A stretch of DNA of 39,434 nt from a virus (taxonomy: Duplodnaviria; Caudoviricetes), in the IMG/VR virus record IMGVR_UViG_3300027874_000022, positions 1 to 39,434 of that record; one strand, 5' to 3'. Of the stretch, positions 16,505-26,622 are shown one piece after another (positions within the stretch are counted from its first letter, which is position 1; every line of letters begins with the position of its first letter). Made by a program: the position numbers and the translations under genes. The notes below the pieces were generated by a model, which saw only the letters and a list, made by a program, of their open reading frames with translations, was not told the origin of the DNA and made no database searches.

Positions 16505-19384
16505 TCACACCATGGCCGGAGCTGAGAGATTGACGGTTTCTCTGATCATCATGTCAGTCGTCTCGACCGCGTAGTAGTTGGAGAACGGACCATTGGTCAC
16601 CGGCTTGAGCACCAGCTCAAACCAAAGCCCCGTGCCCTGCAGCATCTTTTGCAATACCGCTATCTCAACTGCGATCTGGATATCGTAGAACGGCGAGACT
16701 GGTACAGTGATGGTGCCAGACGCCTGACCGCCAATCGCAGAGAAATTGACATACTTTGTTTGATTGGCCGCCGCGACCGCGTCATGCACGATCTGGTCTA
16801 ATTCCAGTTGATAAATCTGGAGATTGAGTGGGTTGATCGTGGAGGCGAGCCCATGCCAGCCCTGTTTGAGGATCACATCGCTGGGATTAACCGGGAAGGT
16901 GAGCCCATCATCGTTCGGGGCAGCCGTGGGTGGGGTGTAACCCATCTCGTTGCCCATGGTATCGAACGGCCCAGGCTCCCACGGCGAGTTCAGTGGCGGG
17001 CATCCAACGGGAATTGTTGGCGGAGTCGCTGGCCAGTTTGGCGGTGTCGGCGTGGCCAGGAACGATATGCCGTCCTGCGGATTCCAGCCCGGTGGCCGCC
17101 AGTTCGGGTCTCCCGGTGAAAGCAGCGTGCGTACGCTGTAATACTTCTGGTACCCCGGCTTGACGTAGCCTTCCTTGACATAGGACGGGATGCGCGCCTC
17201 GGAAAAATTGAAGTCGCCCGATCCGAGTGAAGTGCCGACGCTCGCGCCCAGCACAACGGAGCCCTTCACCACGCCGCTGTCACCGTTGGCGCTAAGCTTG
17301 TACGAGACCACCTTGCCGGAGGCCGCGCCGCCAGGGATGCGCCGGTCGCTCACCTGTCCGTTCATCCGACATGACAACTGAGCTGCTACCTCGAAGCGGG
17401 TGTCGAAGGTGATCTCGCCCGCGCGAGCGCGCTTGCGCAGCTTGGCACGCGCACGGCAGAACCCGTGGATCAGAGACTTCTTGCCGCGGTCAGTCGAGAA
17501 GAACGTCGAGGCCGGTGTCATCCCAGGCCAGCCGCCAATCGGCACCTCGGCCAATCCTATGTTTTGCCAGATCACGCCGCCGTCCACGGTCTGACTGCCC
17601 ACTGTTTGATTGAACGTGGTGTGGAATTCCCCGCTCACCCCAGTCTGGATCGCGATGTAGAGATATTGCCCAGATGGATTGTAAAACGTCCTGAATGTCG
17701 CGTGCTCGCCCTGCCCGATGCCGCCGAGCAATCCAGAGCTAGTGCACTCGTGCATCAGCTCACCAGGGCCACCATTGTAGCTGCAGAAGATGCTGTAGAT
17801 CGGCACCGCTGTTCCGGTCGGCGGATAATTGAGCTGGCCAGGGATTTGTATCGAGTTGAAGTCTGGCACACCCGACACCGGCTTTGGCAGGATGATCGCT
17901 CCGAGCGGGACATGGCCAAGCCGCACCCAGTCCTGCACGCCATCGGCCGGAGGTGTATCCCCCAGGCTGACCCAGGTGACGGTGCCATCCTGCGTCGTAT
18001 GGCCAGCGATGTTCGAGAACGTCGGGATCACCATGCCGGTGTTGCCGCTGTTGAGCGCAACCTGCGACGAGGTCTGGCCCGGCACGAGCGGATTATCTGG
18101 AAAGATGATGGTGCCGACATCGACATGACCGCCCATGCCGACCGTGTCCCAATTCAAAAACTCTAGCTGCGGCACAGATAGATTGCCGCTCTTCAAGGTG
18201 ATCTGCTCGGTATCCTCGACCACGGTCGGGTCAAACAATGTCGGCTGAACGCCAGCCCTGACGGTGGTCTCGGCACGCTCCGAGCGCTGCCGGTCGGCCA
18301 TGTAGACCATGCTAAGAACCGCGAGCGACTGCTTGCCAAGGAAGTCGAGCGCAAAAGTCTTGTAGCAAAACCAGTCGATGTCCTGCTTTGCTGGCCGGTT
18401 GATCGGAGCCGGATCACCGAAGCCATCCAACGCATTTGGATCGATCAGGCCAATCACATTGATCTCTTTGAGCTTGATCGTCTGGCCCCACGGCGGCGTG
18501 TAGTTGAGCGAGACCGACATGGTGTCGCCGGTCTGATGCTCCTTCTCGGTATTGGTCCATTGGTATGAGATCGATGTGACTTGCGGTTTCTGCTGCAGAA
18601 GCAATTGCTGCTCAAGCGATGGATCGCGCTCGCCAGCCCATGACACCCCGGCGTACCAACCGCCGCCCAGGTTGCTACCGCTCTTCGGCCAGTCGCCGAC
18701 GAATTGATCAGACCCCAACGTCGGCCATGCCCATTGCCCGACGAAGAACGAGCCGCGATATTGCTGCTGCCATTGCACCTCAAGCTTCACGTTGATCGCT
18801 TTGAGCGGGGACTGCAGTAGCCGCCAGTTCACGCTATCGAAGAACACATCACGCGCAGCGAACACGATGGTGCCGTCCTCGCCGACCAGGACATCGCTGG
18901 CGCTGACCCGATTATCGATGCGATCAACGTGATAAAGCGCTGACCAACCTTCCAGGATCGCGTCTGGATCGTCACGCTTCGAGACCTCGAAGAACAGCGG
19001 ATCGTAATTCGGCAGCACCTTGAGCGAACGAGCGACTTGCTGCTTCTGATAAACGTAGTCAGGCGCGCGCGCGATGAGCTGCAGCTTGATGGTGTTGTGC
19101 AGCGTATCTTTCGGAATGCCGACCAGCCGTCCATAGAACAATGGCAGCGGGCCACAAGCGTCATAGCTGTAGGACAACCAAGCCCAATACTCGCGCGCTG
19201 GATTGATCAACCCGACATAAGGATTCTTGATCTCAACGGTGGCCATGGGTATCTGGCCTTCGTCGTGCTCGATCAGCAAGTCATAAACCGGCTCATCGAG
19301 ACGCGCGAGCGATATGTCCCACGGCGCGCCCTTCGGCACCCAGGCGAAATAGAAGGTGTATTCGGTGCCGCCACCGGCTGCCAT
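16505..19384 (-). CDS. Tail tip/central hub protein
   Basis: Large ORF two genes after the tape measure; start moved to ATG 19384 (GGAGG RBS, overlap with the upstream stop); T.DG.V.W...G repeats. Confidence 0.7.
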   Translation of the reverse strand: MAAGGGTEYTFYFAWVPKGAPWDISLARLDEPVYDLLIEHDEGQIPMATVEIKNPYVGLINPAREYWAWLSYSYDACGPLPLFYGRLVGIPKDTLHNTIKLQLIARAPDYVYQKQQVARSLKVLPNYDPLFFEVSKRDDPDAILEGWSALYHVDRIDNRVSASDVLVGEDGTIVFAARDVFFDSVNWRLLQSPLKAINVKLEVQWQQQYRGSFFVGQWAWPTLGSDQFVGDWPKSGSNLGGGWYAGVSWAGERDPSLEQQLLLQQKPQVTSISYQWTNTEKEHQTGDTMSVSLNYTPPWGQTIKLKEINVIGLIDPNALDGFGDPAPINRPAKQDIDWFCYKTFALDFLGKQSLAVLSMVYMADRQRSERAETTVRAGVQPTLFDPTVVEDTEQITLKSGNLSVPQLEFLNWDTVGMGGHVDVGTIIFPDNPLVPGQTSSQVALNSGNTGMVIPTFSNIAGHTTQDGTVTWVSLGDTPPADGVQDWVRLGHVPLGAIILPKPVSGVPDFNSIQIPGQLNYPPTGTAVPIYSIFCSYNGGPGELMHECTSSGLLGGIGQGEHATFRTFYNPSGQYLYIAIQTGVSGEFHTTFNQTVGSQTVDGGVIWQNIGLAEVPIGGWPGMTPASTFFSTDRGKKSLIHGFCRARAKLRKRARAGEITFDTRFEVAAQLSCRMNGQVSDRRIPGGAASGKVVSYKLSANGDSGVVKGSVVLGASVGTSLGSGDFNFSEARIPSYVKEGYVKPGYQKYYSVRTLLSPGDPNWRPPGWNPQDGISFLATPTPPNWPATPPTIPVGCPPLNSPWEPGPFDTMGNEMGYTPPTAAPNDDGLTFPVNPSDVILKQGWHGLASTINPLNLQIYQLELDQIVHDAVAAANQTKYVNFSAIGGQASGTITVPVSPFYDIQIAVEIAVLQKMLQGTGLWFELVLKPVTNGPFSNYYAVETTDMMIRETVNLSAPAMV

Positions 19385-19857
19385 CACACCTCCTCCAGGC
19401 TGAGTTGCCACTCGTTCATCCCGGCCCATTCCCTGAAAGAGTTTCTGATGTCATCCACCATCATGATCAGAACCGGGCGATAGTAGGTGAAGGCCCCTTG
19501 TACGCGCGAGGAGCCAGACACGGCCGGGCGAGCTGGTGTCGATCCGGTCAGATAGTTCAGCTCGCAGGCACAGAACACTTCGACGGTCTGGCCGATCCAG
19601 CCGTCGTCGAGGCACGGGGTCTCGCCATCTGTGCAGCTGATCACGCTCTTGTACTTGCGAAAGCGAGTGTCCGCGAGCGAGCGTTTGACGCCATTGACAT
19701 CACGCCGCGTCCAGGCGTCCCCGCTTGGCCTGATCAGTTCCAGCGTCTGGGTGAGATTACGCGCGGCATATGGCGTGAGCTGCAGTGCCGTCATCCCCGA
19801 CAATGGGGTGATGACGAGAAGCGTGCCCATGGCCGCCAGTTGCGGATTGATCGGCAT
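19384..19857 (-). CDS. Distal tail-like protein
   Basis: Directly after the tape measure; RRDVNG...L...F.KY.S.ISC.D and terminal W.L.LEEV motifs. Confidence 0.7.
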   Translation of the reverse strand: MPINPQLAAMGTLLVITPLSGMTALQLTPYAARNLTQTLELIRPSGDAWTRRDVNGVKRSLADTRFRKYKSVISCTDGETPCLDDGWIGQTVEVFCACELNYLTGSTPARPAVSGSSRVQGAFTYYRPVLIMMVDDIRNSFREWAGMNEWQLSLEEV

Positions 19858-19858
19858 G

Positions 19859-22800
19859 TCACGAATACCAAGTTGGACGTTGGCCGGTTGAGCTAATCTT
19901 GCCCATCAGCGACGACCGCCTGACCGCCTCCATCGTTTCCTCGCTCACCGCGGCCGGGAAGTTTCCGGCATTGGTGCGCAGATCGAGCTGATAGACACCG
20001 AGAGAGTTGAGACCAGCGAGCGCCGATGCGCTGGCGGTGAACGGGCCACCGTAAGTCGAGCCCGGCATATTTGCGATGGAGCTGCCGTACTCCGCTGGAT
20101 TGATGCCGCGCTGCAGGCGAGAGGCCAAATCCTCAAGCGCCGCGCGTGTGATAGCTCCGCCCATGTCTGGAGGCGGGGGCGGAAGCGGGCCACCTTCCTG
20201 GTATCCGACAAGACCGCCAGCGAAGTATCTCCTGATCAGGCCACCAACCGCTTTCTCGTCTTCGTCTGATGGTGGTCTATCTATTGGAGCATCTTCTTGT
20301 GATCTATTACTCCAATCTATTGGAGCGCCAGCAGCGTCACCCGCGTCGGGGACATTTGGAATGCTTGGAGCGCTTGGAACATTATCATCTCTTGGGCTCC
20401 AGGTTTTGATCGGTGTTGCCAAATCCTTATCGCTGGTTTTGACAGGGAGATAGAGCGGATTGCTTTCGATATCCTTAACGTAACCCTTGGACCACGTCGC
20501 CGAGAACATGGGATCAAATTTGACCCCAGGCTTACCAAAGGTGGTCGGATCATTTGGGTTGTACGGCTTATCTTGACCTTCCGGCCAGTATCTCCCTGCC
20601 GATGAATTATATTTGACATCCGCACCACCGCCTGGGGTGGAGATGGTATAATTCTGGCCAATGCCGGGCTTCAACACCGTGATCGGCCCTGCTGGACCTC
20701 GCCACACTTGTGCATGCGCTATGACACCGGCCCCGGTCGGACCTCCCGGCATTCCCATGTTTGGTGGAAGTTTCCTGCCGACACGGGCTCTCCACAGCGC
20801 AACATCCTGGGGATTATCTGGATCGAAACCGTCATGTTCGATCAGCGCCCGTTCCTGATAGCTCGGAGGAATGTAGTCGCTGTCCGCAGTGTAAGGATTG
20901 CGCGTGACCGTTGCTGATGGCGCTGAGCCGGAGGCAACCGCACCACCTCCCTGGAAACGAGTCCTGACTGCTCTGCGCCAATTATCCTCCGCTTGATGCA
21001 ACGCATCATCAAGCCCCGTACGCAAGTCACCGGTAGAAACCGCCCTCCGCCAGTTGGCTTCCGCTGCATGCAGCGCGGTATCGAGCCCAGTAACCAGCGG
21101 GCCAGTCTTGACAGCCTGTGCCCATTGCGCCTCCGACCGATGCAGCTCTGTATCTAGCAAGGTTTTCATCGGGCCGGTTCTCGCAGCGCTGGCCCATTCC
21201 TGCTCTGAGGCACGTAGCGCCATATCGAGGCCAGTCATCGACTGTGGGTCTGGAACCGCACCACCTTCCTGAAACTTCCCTGCATTGATCCGATTCAGGA
21301 GCCCGAGCATTCCAGGTCTGCTCGCCTCGCTCGCGCGAACAACGAACTCACCCGGCGAGGCCATGATCGGGATTTGATCGCTCGTGCCGGTGCCCAGGCC
21401 ATGCAGAAGGCCACCGGCTTGTTGACCATAATCCGCTTCCGTAAATGTTATCTCCTTTTTACCTCCGCCGCCGCCGCCACCTGTTTGTGGATTAGGAAAT
21501 TCGATGCTGCCAATTTCCTGCGCCTTCTGTTGTAGCCTTTGGACGACCTCTCCGACTGCTCCGGGCAATGCATTCAGCGAGGAATCGATATTGCGAAGTC
21601 CGGTCTCGAAAAAGTTGAAAGCTTTGATGGCAGCCGTTGCCGCATCCTGCATGAATTTCATATCGGCGGTTTGCCCAGGCACAAGCCCCGCCGCAGTCTG
21701 CAGCGCCGCACCCCTTGTATCCTGCCGTGCGGCCTTCATCTCCAAGGTCTGCTTCGCCATCTCCGCTTTGAATTCTTCAATCTGCTTATCGCGCTGTTCT
21801 TGCTCCTCCGGCGTGCGGGCTGGCGCGACCTTATCGAGCAATGCCTTGATGTCTGGGGTAATCTCCGGCCTTGGCTTCTTTAGGAATTCGACAATTCCCT
21901 GGACCGCATCGCCAAGACCACGTCCGCCAACTGTCGCCTGAACTGCCCTCTCTAATTCCTGCGTCCGCCGGTCTTCCGGCAGCGCCCTCATCATCGGGCT
22001 TTCGTTAAGCCTCCTGAGCGCATCCAGAACGCCCTTTACTTCAAACCCGCCCTCGCGAAAGAGTGCCTTCTGTAGGGTACCGGAATCAACCTGACTAATT
22101 TCAAAACCCGGCTCGGCCTCGCCGCGAATAGCTTTTTGGACAGTTTCAATGTCCTTGTAACGAAGGCGCGCCGCAGCCTTAGTAGCATTAGTGTCTTCTA
22201 TTCTTGCCTTTTCTTCTTCATCGGCCGCCGCTGCTACACCGCGAATAGCTTTGTCTCTATTGGCACGCGCCTCTGCGATTCGCGCTTCGGCTGGAAACGC
22301 CTTCTGCAATATTGTGAGCTGGAGTTCAGCAAGCTCGGTTTGTCTGGTATGAAGATTGGCGAGCTTCTCGGCCTGCGCTGCCTCCTGTGCCTGTAGCCGC
22401 GCCTGCTGCTCTGGCCCTACGCCAGCGGCAACTTCCTCACGGCGCTTCCGCTCCGCGATGGTCGCTCGCCGTTCATTGAGATCGGACTGTTCGAGATTGT
22501 GACGCGCGGTTTGTAAAGCCTGTAGCCGCTTGCGCTCCTGTAGGTCCGCGTCTGGTTCTTGTCCGTAATATCTTGCCCTGGCCTCCTCATAGGCAATTTG
22601 TGCGCCCTGCCGACCAAGCCGCGCCCCCTCGACGGTTAGAGGACCAGCGATTTCGGCAAGCCTTGCCTCCTGCGGAGCATAACGTTCCGCAATGTCGGCC
22701 CGCGTCCGACGCATCTGCGCGCCGCGCTCACCGAGCTGCGCACCGCTCACCGCCAGGGCAGCCGCCTCGCGCTGCTGCTCCATCATGGTAGCTTCGGTCT

Positions 22801-23884
22801 GTTGGACCTTGATCAGCTCGCCTTCGGCCTTCTTGGCGCGATCAACAGACAGAGCACGCTGATCATGCGCATCGGCAAGCGCACGTCCTGATGCTTCGAC
22901 CTTGAGATTGGCCTCGATCTGCCGGTCGGCGGAATCTTCAACCTCGTGTGTGATCTCCGGCATCGACCGCCTTGCCCGCACCGCAAGACGGAAGAAGGTG
23001 TGATCAAGCTCGTTGGCGGGAACACCAGCTCGTTCGAATTGATATTGAAGCTCGACCAGCTCCCGCCTTGTGAGCCCCATGGTCTCGGCCAGGAGCTTGT
23101 TTTTCTGGGCCGCCTCGACCGCCTCTCCTGCAGTGTCGATGATCGCATCACGGCTTTTCTGCGCTACCGTGATGGCCGCATATCCAGCCGAGAGCACGCC
23201 AGCGGCCGGAGCGAGACGGGCGGCGAGTGCACCAAACCGGCCAGTGCCCGCCACCAAGGCTCCTGCACCACCAAGGGCGGAGGCTTCGAGCGCGCTGCCA
23301 CCGGCCATCTCGGCGGCTGCACCAAAGCCACCCGCACCAGACATTTCGGCGACGACGCCCGTGCTCGAACGGGCGGCAGCAGCCTCAGCTCTCATCGTTG
23401 CTGCAGCTGCTCTCGCCTCCGCGGCAGCTCGCCCGTATCTCTGGCCGAAGTCCATCGCCTGCCCGGCCAACTGCAGGACAGTCAGCATCGAGGCGTCTTT
23501 GTCCATGTAGGTCGCGAACGCCTTGACCCCGGACAGGAAGGAATTGATGCCAAGGGTCGCGCGCTCAACGTCGCTCGCGGCCTCTCTCGGCATCATCGGC
23601 GGAGGCGCGGATGGCTGGATCGCCGCCGCGGGGACGTTCTTGACGCCGCTGCTGATTGCGTCGGTGATATTCTGCGAAAGCTTGTTTACGAACGATTTGT
23701 CTGATGGGGACCGGCCTGAGAGCTGAGATTCCAGCGCCCCTGAAATATTGACCTTCTTAATCGCGTCTTCGGCTGCTCTGGCAAATTGATCACCGGCCTG
23801 CTTGCCAGCCGACGCCGCCTGCGATCCGACATCACCGGGATCGGCCTTGAAGGTGACGGTTACGATATAATTGTTGTCGGCCAT
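19859..23884 (-). CDS. Tape measure protein
   Basis: 1341 aa, Ala/Glu/Arg-rich helical; AGGLLHG.GTGTSDQIPIMASPGEFVV motif typical of tape measure C-terminal regions; position after the chaperones. Confidence 0.85.
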   Translation of the reverse strand: MADNNYIVTVTFKADPGDVGSQAASAGKQAGDQFARAAEDAIKKVNISGALESQLSGRSPSDKSFVNKLSQNITDAISSGVKNVPAAAIQPSAPPPMMPREAASDVERATLGINSFLSGVKAFATYMDKDASMLTVLQLAGQAMDFGQRYGRAAAEARAAAATMRAEAAAARSSTGVVAEMSGAGGFGAAAEMAGGSALEASALGGAGALVAGTGRFGALAARLAPAAGVLSAGYAAITVAQKSRDAIIDTAGEAVEAAQKNKLLAETMGLTRRELVELQYQFERAGVPANELDHTFFRLAVRARRSMPEITHEVEDSADRQIEANLKVEASGRALADAHDQRALSVDRAKKAEGELIKVQQTEATMMEQQREAAALAVSGAQLGERGAQMRRTRADIAERYAPQEARLAEIAGPLTVEGARLGRQGAQIAYEEARARYYGQEPDADLQERKRLQALQTARHNLEQSDLNERRATIAERKRREEVAAGVGPEQQARLQAQEAAQAEKLANLHTRQTELAELQLTILQKAFPAEARIAEARANRDKAIRGVAAAADEEEKARIEDTNATKAAARLRYKDIETVQKAIRGEAEPGFEISQVDSGTLQKALFREGGFEVKGVLDALRRLNESPMMRALPEDRRTQELERAVQATVGGRGLGDAVQGIVEFLKKPRPEITPDIKALLDKVAPARTPEEQEQRDKQIEEFKAEMAKQTLEMKAARQDTRGAALQTAAGLVPGQTADMKFMQDAATAAIKAFNFFETGLRNIDSSLNALPGAVGEVVQRLQQKAQEIGSIEFPNPQTGGGGGGGKKEITFTEADYGQQAGGLLHGLGTGTSDQIPIMASPGEFVVRASEASRPGMLGLLNRINAGKFQEGGAVPDPQSMTGLDMALRASEQEWASAARTGPMKTLLDTELHRSEAQWAQAVKTGPLVTGLDTALHAAEANWRRAVSTGDLRTGLDDALHQAEDNWRRAVRTRFQGGGAVASGSAPSATVTRNPYTADSDYIPPSYQERALIEHDGFDPDNPQDVALWRARVGRKLPPNMGMPGGPTGAGVIAHAQVWRGPAGPITVLKPGIGQNYTISTPGGGADVKYNSSAGRYWPEGQDKPYNPNDPTTFGKPGVKFDPMFSATWSKGYVKDIESNPLYLPVKTSDKDLATPIKTWSPRDDNVPSAPSIPNVPDAGDAAGAPIDWSNRSQEDAPIDRPPSDEDEKAVGGLIRRYFAGGLVGYQEGGPLPPPPPDMGGAITRAALEDLASRLQRGINPAEYGSSIANMPGSTYGGPFTASASALAGLNSLGVYQLDLRTNAGNFPAAVSEETMEAVRRSSLMGKISSTGQRPTWYS

Positions 23885-23888
23885 GGGC

Positions 23889-24473
23889 CTACTCTTCTTG
23901 CATCAACTCTTTCAGAACGCGCGCAAACGCATCTCCTGCCTTCTGCGCCTCGTCTTGCGCGATCTCGTGCAGATGGAATTTCTTCGGAATGGTGACCGAC
24001 TCCTTTCCAAAGTACATCGGCTCTCCGCTCTCGCGGTCGAGCAACATCGGCAAGCCTTTCCGGCTGGTGATGCGGAACAAGTTCTCCGAGCCGTACACGC
24101 GCGGCCAGACATCATTGCCGTCAGCCCCAGAGAACGGCAGCCACATGTACCCGCTTGGGTTCTTGGCATGGATGGTCGCGCCGTACTCAAACACGGGCCA
24201 GTATTTCACCGGCTCGTCGCTCGCCTCCATCTTGGCGGTGACGCGGAAGGTGCGCTGCGTCTCCTCAACCTCGACCTTCCAGGCGTCCACCCAGCGATCA
24301 CCAAAGTTGCCCGCCTCCTGGATATCCTCAGCTCCGCGGAAGGCGATGAAGTCCCTGGTCTCGCAGGCAGCCTCGCGCATGGCGTCTCGGACCTTGGTGC
24401 CGAGCTTGTCCATGTTCATCTTTATCTGGTTGAGGACATCCGCCTCGTTTTCCCACTGGACTCTCAGTTCCAT
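23889..24473 (-). CDS. Tail completion/neck protein (HK97 gp10-like)
   Basis: VFEYGATIHAK...LP and ESVTIPKKF motifs. Confidence 0.6.
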   Translation of the reverse strand: MELRVQWENEADVLNQIKMNMDKLGTKVRDAMREAACETRDFIAFRGAEDIQEAGNFGDRWVDAWKVEVEETQRTFRVTAKMEASDEPVKYWPVFEYGATIHAKNPSGYMWLPFSGADGNDVWPRVYGSENLFRITSRKGLPMLLDRESGEPMYFGKESVTIPKKFHLHEIAQDEAQKAGDAFARVLKELMQEE

Positions 24474-24475
24474 GG

Positions 24476-24799
24476 CTAGTCCTCAAATGTGAGATCGACC
24501 TCAGCGTCCCTCGCCCACTTCATCATTGCGGCCTCGACATGCTGCTTTGAGCCGTTGGTTGCTGTCCTGATCATGCCAACGAAGTCGATGCGTTCCGCAG
24601 ACTCTCTCCTCCTTTGGATAAACAGGAACGCTGACATTTGCCGCGGCGTCAGTTTCCAGACGCTGGGGTGTCGGGCTGCTCCGAGTTCCTCGGCCTCTGC
24701 TGCGATGCCGTAGCCTCCGCCCTTGAAGCGGCTTGTACGACCACTGTTATGGCCTCTGATGTCGCCGACGAGATCAACTCGTAGTCGCTTAGAAAAGGG
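24476..24799 (-). CDS. -1 frame extension of the tail assembly chaperone (gpT-like)
   Basis: Open -1 frame with VWKLTPRQ motif and no good start/RBS; entered via the CCCTTTT heptamer. Confidence 0.6.
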   Translation of the reverse strand, partial: PFSKRLRVDLVGDIRGHNSGRTSRFKGGGYGIAAEAEELGAARHPSVWKLTPRQMSAFLFIQRRRESAERIDFVGMIRTATNGSKQHVEAAMMKWARDAEVDLTFED

Positions 24800-25146
24800 C
24801 CGATACCATCGGGAAACGTGCACCTCCCCATTGCGAGCAACATCTTGATCTGCGGATGCAGACCCAGGTTACGGGCACGCCGCTCGACAATCTCGTGACC
24901 GAGAAACGATTCCTCATTCTCATCACGCTGACACGCTGCCAGGAACGCACCAGTCATGCCAGCATCCATCCCCTTCACGGGATGCTTGCCAAACTCGACC
25001 AGTATCTCGAATGCGTCCGGGTATCGCTCCATGATCCTCCCCAGGTCATAGCCCGATATCCCGTACACATCGATCAAGCCGTCGCTGCCGATGTCCACCC
25101 GCTCATGACGCGGCAGGACATCGAGCAGCGACAATCTACGAAGCAT
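24649..25146 (-). CDS. Tail assembly chaperone (gpG-like)
   Basis: Follows the major tail protein; AGGAG RBS; TFPDGIGPFL. Confidence 0.75.
   Translation of the reverse strand: MLRRLSLLDVLPRHERVDIGSDGLIDVYGISGYDLGRIMERYPDAFEILVEFGKHPVKGMDAGMTGAFLAACQRDENEESFLGHEIVERRARNLGLHPQIKMLLAMGRCTFPDGIGPFLSDYELISSATSEAITVVVQAASRAEATASQQRPRNSEQPDTPASGN
24793..24799 (-). other. Programmed -1 frameshift slippery heptamer C CCT TTT
   Basis: X XXY YYZ in the correct phase (GGC CCT TTT CTA); the -1 frame reads PFSKRLRVDL to stop 24476. Confidence 0.65.
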
Positions 25147-25155
25147 GCACAGCTC

Positions 25156-25686
25156 CTAGTGTGTGGTGTCGGTCGCGGTTCCGAAGCCTCCTGACACTTC
25201 GTCGAACAGAACGTCGCACTCGAAGTCGAACGCGCCCCACGAGCCGCTGCCAGTCGGCAGAAGCGAGATCGCCTTGCTTGGTGTGAAGAGGCAGGTGGGG
25301 AATTCGTAGGTCCACTGCGGACCGACGATATTGGTCGAGACGAACTTGAACGCAGCATAGATGAGCGGCTGCGACAAGACCGTGATTGGACTCGTTCGAC
25401 CGCCCAAGATTGCCATGCCAAGGTTCCTGGCGGTGAACTCCTCCAAGATCATGGTGAGAGTCGCCGAGACCTCGGTGATCACCACCATATCCTTCTTGCG
25501 GATGCCGACGCGCGAGCTGTAGTGCTCCAGACGGGTCGGCTTCACCTGGAATGTGAATTCGGTGATGTTGCCCGCATCCACATAGGCCGCGTCCGGGTTG
25601 AGTGTTGGCGGGATCAGCTTCACATAGCCGATGCCGCGGCCAACGACATAGTTGCCGACATTTGGCGAGGGGCCGGGAGCAATCAT
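25156..25686 (-). CDS. Major tail (tube) protein
   Basis: NYVVGRG...GNITEF......LEHYSSR.GIRKKD...L.EEFTARNL; AAGGAG RBS before ATG 25686. Confidence 0.8.
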   Translation of the reverse strand: MIAPGPSPNVGNYVVGRGIGYVKLIPPTLNPDAAYVDAGNITEFTFQVKPTRLEHYSSRVGIRKKDMVVITEVSATLTMILEEFTARNLGMAILGGRTSPITVLSQPLIYAAFKFVSTNIVGPQWTYEFPTCLFTPSKAISLLPTGSGSWGAFDFECDVLFDEVSGGFGTATDTTH

Positions 25687-25706
25687 GATGCTATCTCCTT
25701 TTGTCG

Positions 25707-26231
25707 TTAGCGCGCTTGGAACAAGGGATAGTCGAAGACGTACAGCATCAGGAGCCACGCGCCGTAAGCTCCAACGTCTCGGCCGATCTTGAGAGATGTC
25801 GTGAATGAGGACAGATAGTGGGTGCCGCTGACCGTGACCAAATCAACGAGCACAGGATCGTTGACGATCACGCTATTTAGCAGATCGTGCCAGCGAGACA
25901 GCTCAGGCCCGATTGGGTTCTCGACCGAGCCCATGAGCGTGTTCTCGAAATTGTCCCGCTGTTCGAGCAGAATCATGATCTGCGGGTCCATCCGCCAGAT
26001 CGTGGTCGGCATGCGCGGGTTCTTGTGCGGCTCCAGCGCCTGCATCAATCGCGCATCGCCATCGAACAGAGCAAACAACGGACGCGGCACACCGAGAATG
26101 CCAGCCTTCGGACTGGTCGGCACCGGATTGGGATTGCGCAGCGATGTCTGGACTTCGTTGATCCCCTGGCCAAGCGTGAACAATCGATCAAGGATCGCTT
26201 CACGCCGGTTCAGGGTTTGATCAACGCTCAT
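25707..26231 (-). CDS. Tail terminator-like protein
   Basis: RREAIL.RL start; immediately upstream of the tail tube gene. Confidence 0.6.
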   Translation of the reverse strand: MSVDQTLNRREAILDRLFTLGQGINEVQTSLRNPNPVPTSPKAGILGVPRPLFALFDGDARLMQALEPHKNPRMPTTIWRMDPQIMILLEQRDNFENTLMGSVENPIGPELSRWHDLLNSVIVNDPVLVDLVTVSGTHYLSSFTTSLKIGRDVGAYGAWLLMLYVFDYPLFQAR

Positions 26232-26620
26232 TGTCTTACCGTAAGATTCCAGTAGAGGTGCTTGATGTTGTGCGATCCCACGGCATGTGGTGGAGCGACT
26301 TGCCGTAATTTCTCGTTTTCCAATGGCTTGCCGTTGCCGTCGAGGATCGGCATGCCGTCATCGTCGAGCTGCAGCGTGATCAACATTTCTTTCTCGTCGA
26401 TGTCGATCTTTTCCCCGGTTATCGGGCTGATCGACGAGATGCAGTGATGGCGATCAGCTGGGTTGCTGACGCGGCCAAGCCGCTCCTCGGGGAAGAACCC
26501 AGCGTCGATGGCTATGACGAAGCGATCCACGCCCCCAGGCATGCGCAGGATCGCGAGATATCCGAATTCCTCAATCAGATCGAAAAAATCCTGGCGGATG
26601 TTTTCCATATCGAGCGGCAT
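26228..26620 (-). CDS. Head closure/head-tail joining protein
   Basis: LIEEFG..AILR start and W.L.VR end; gene position. Confidence 0.6.
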   Translation of the reverse strand: MPLDMENIRQDFFDLIEEFGYLAILRMPGGVDRFVIAIDAGFFPEERLGRVSNPADRHHCISSISPITGEKIDIDEKEMLITLQLDDDGMPILDGNGKPLENEKLRQVAPPHAVGSHNIKHLYWNLTVRQ

Positions 26621-26622
26621 GG

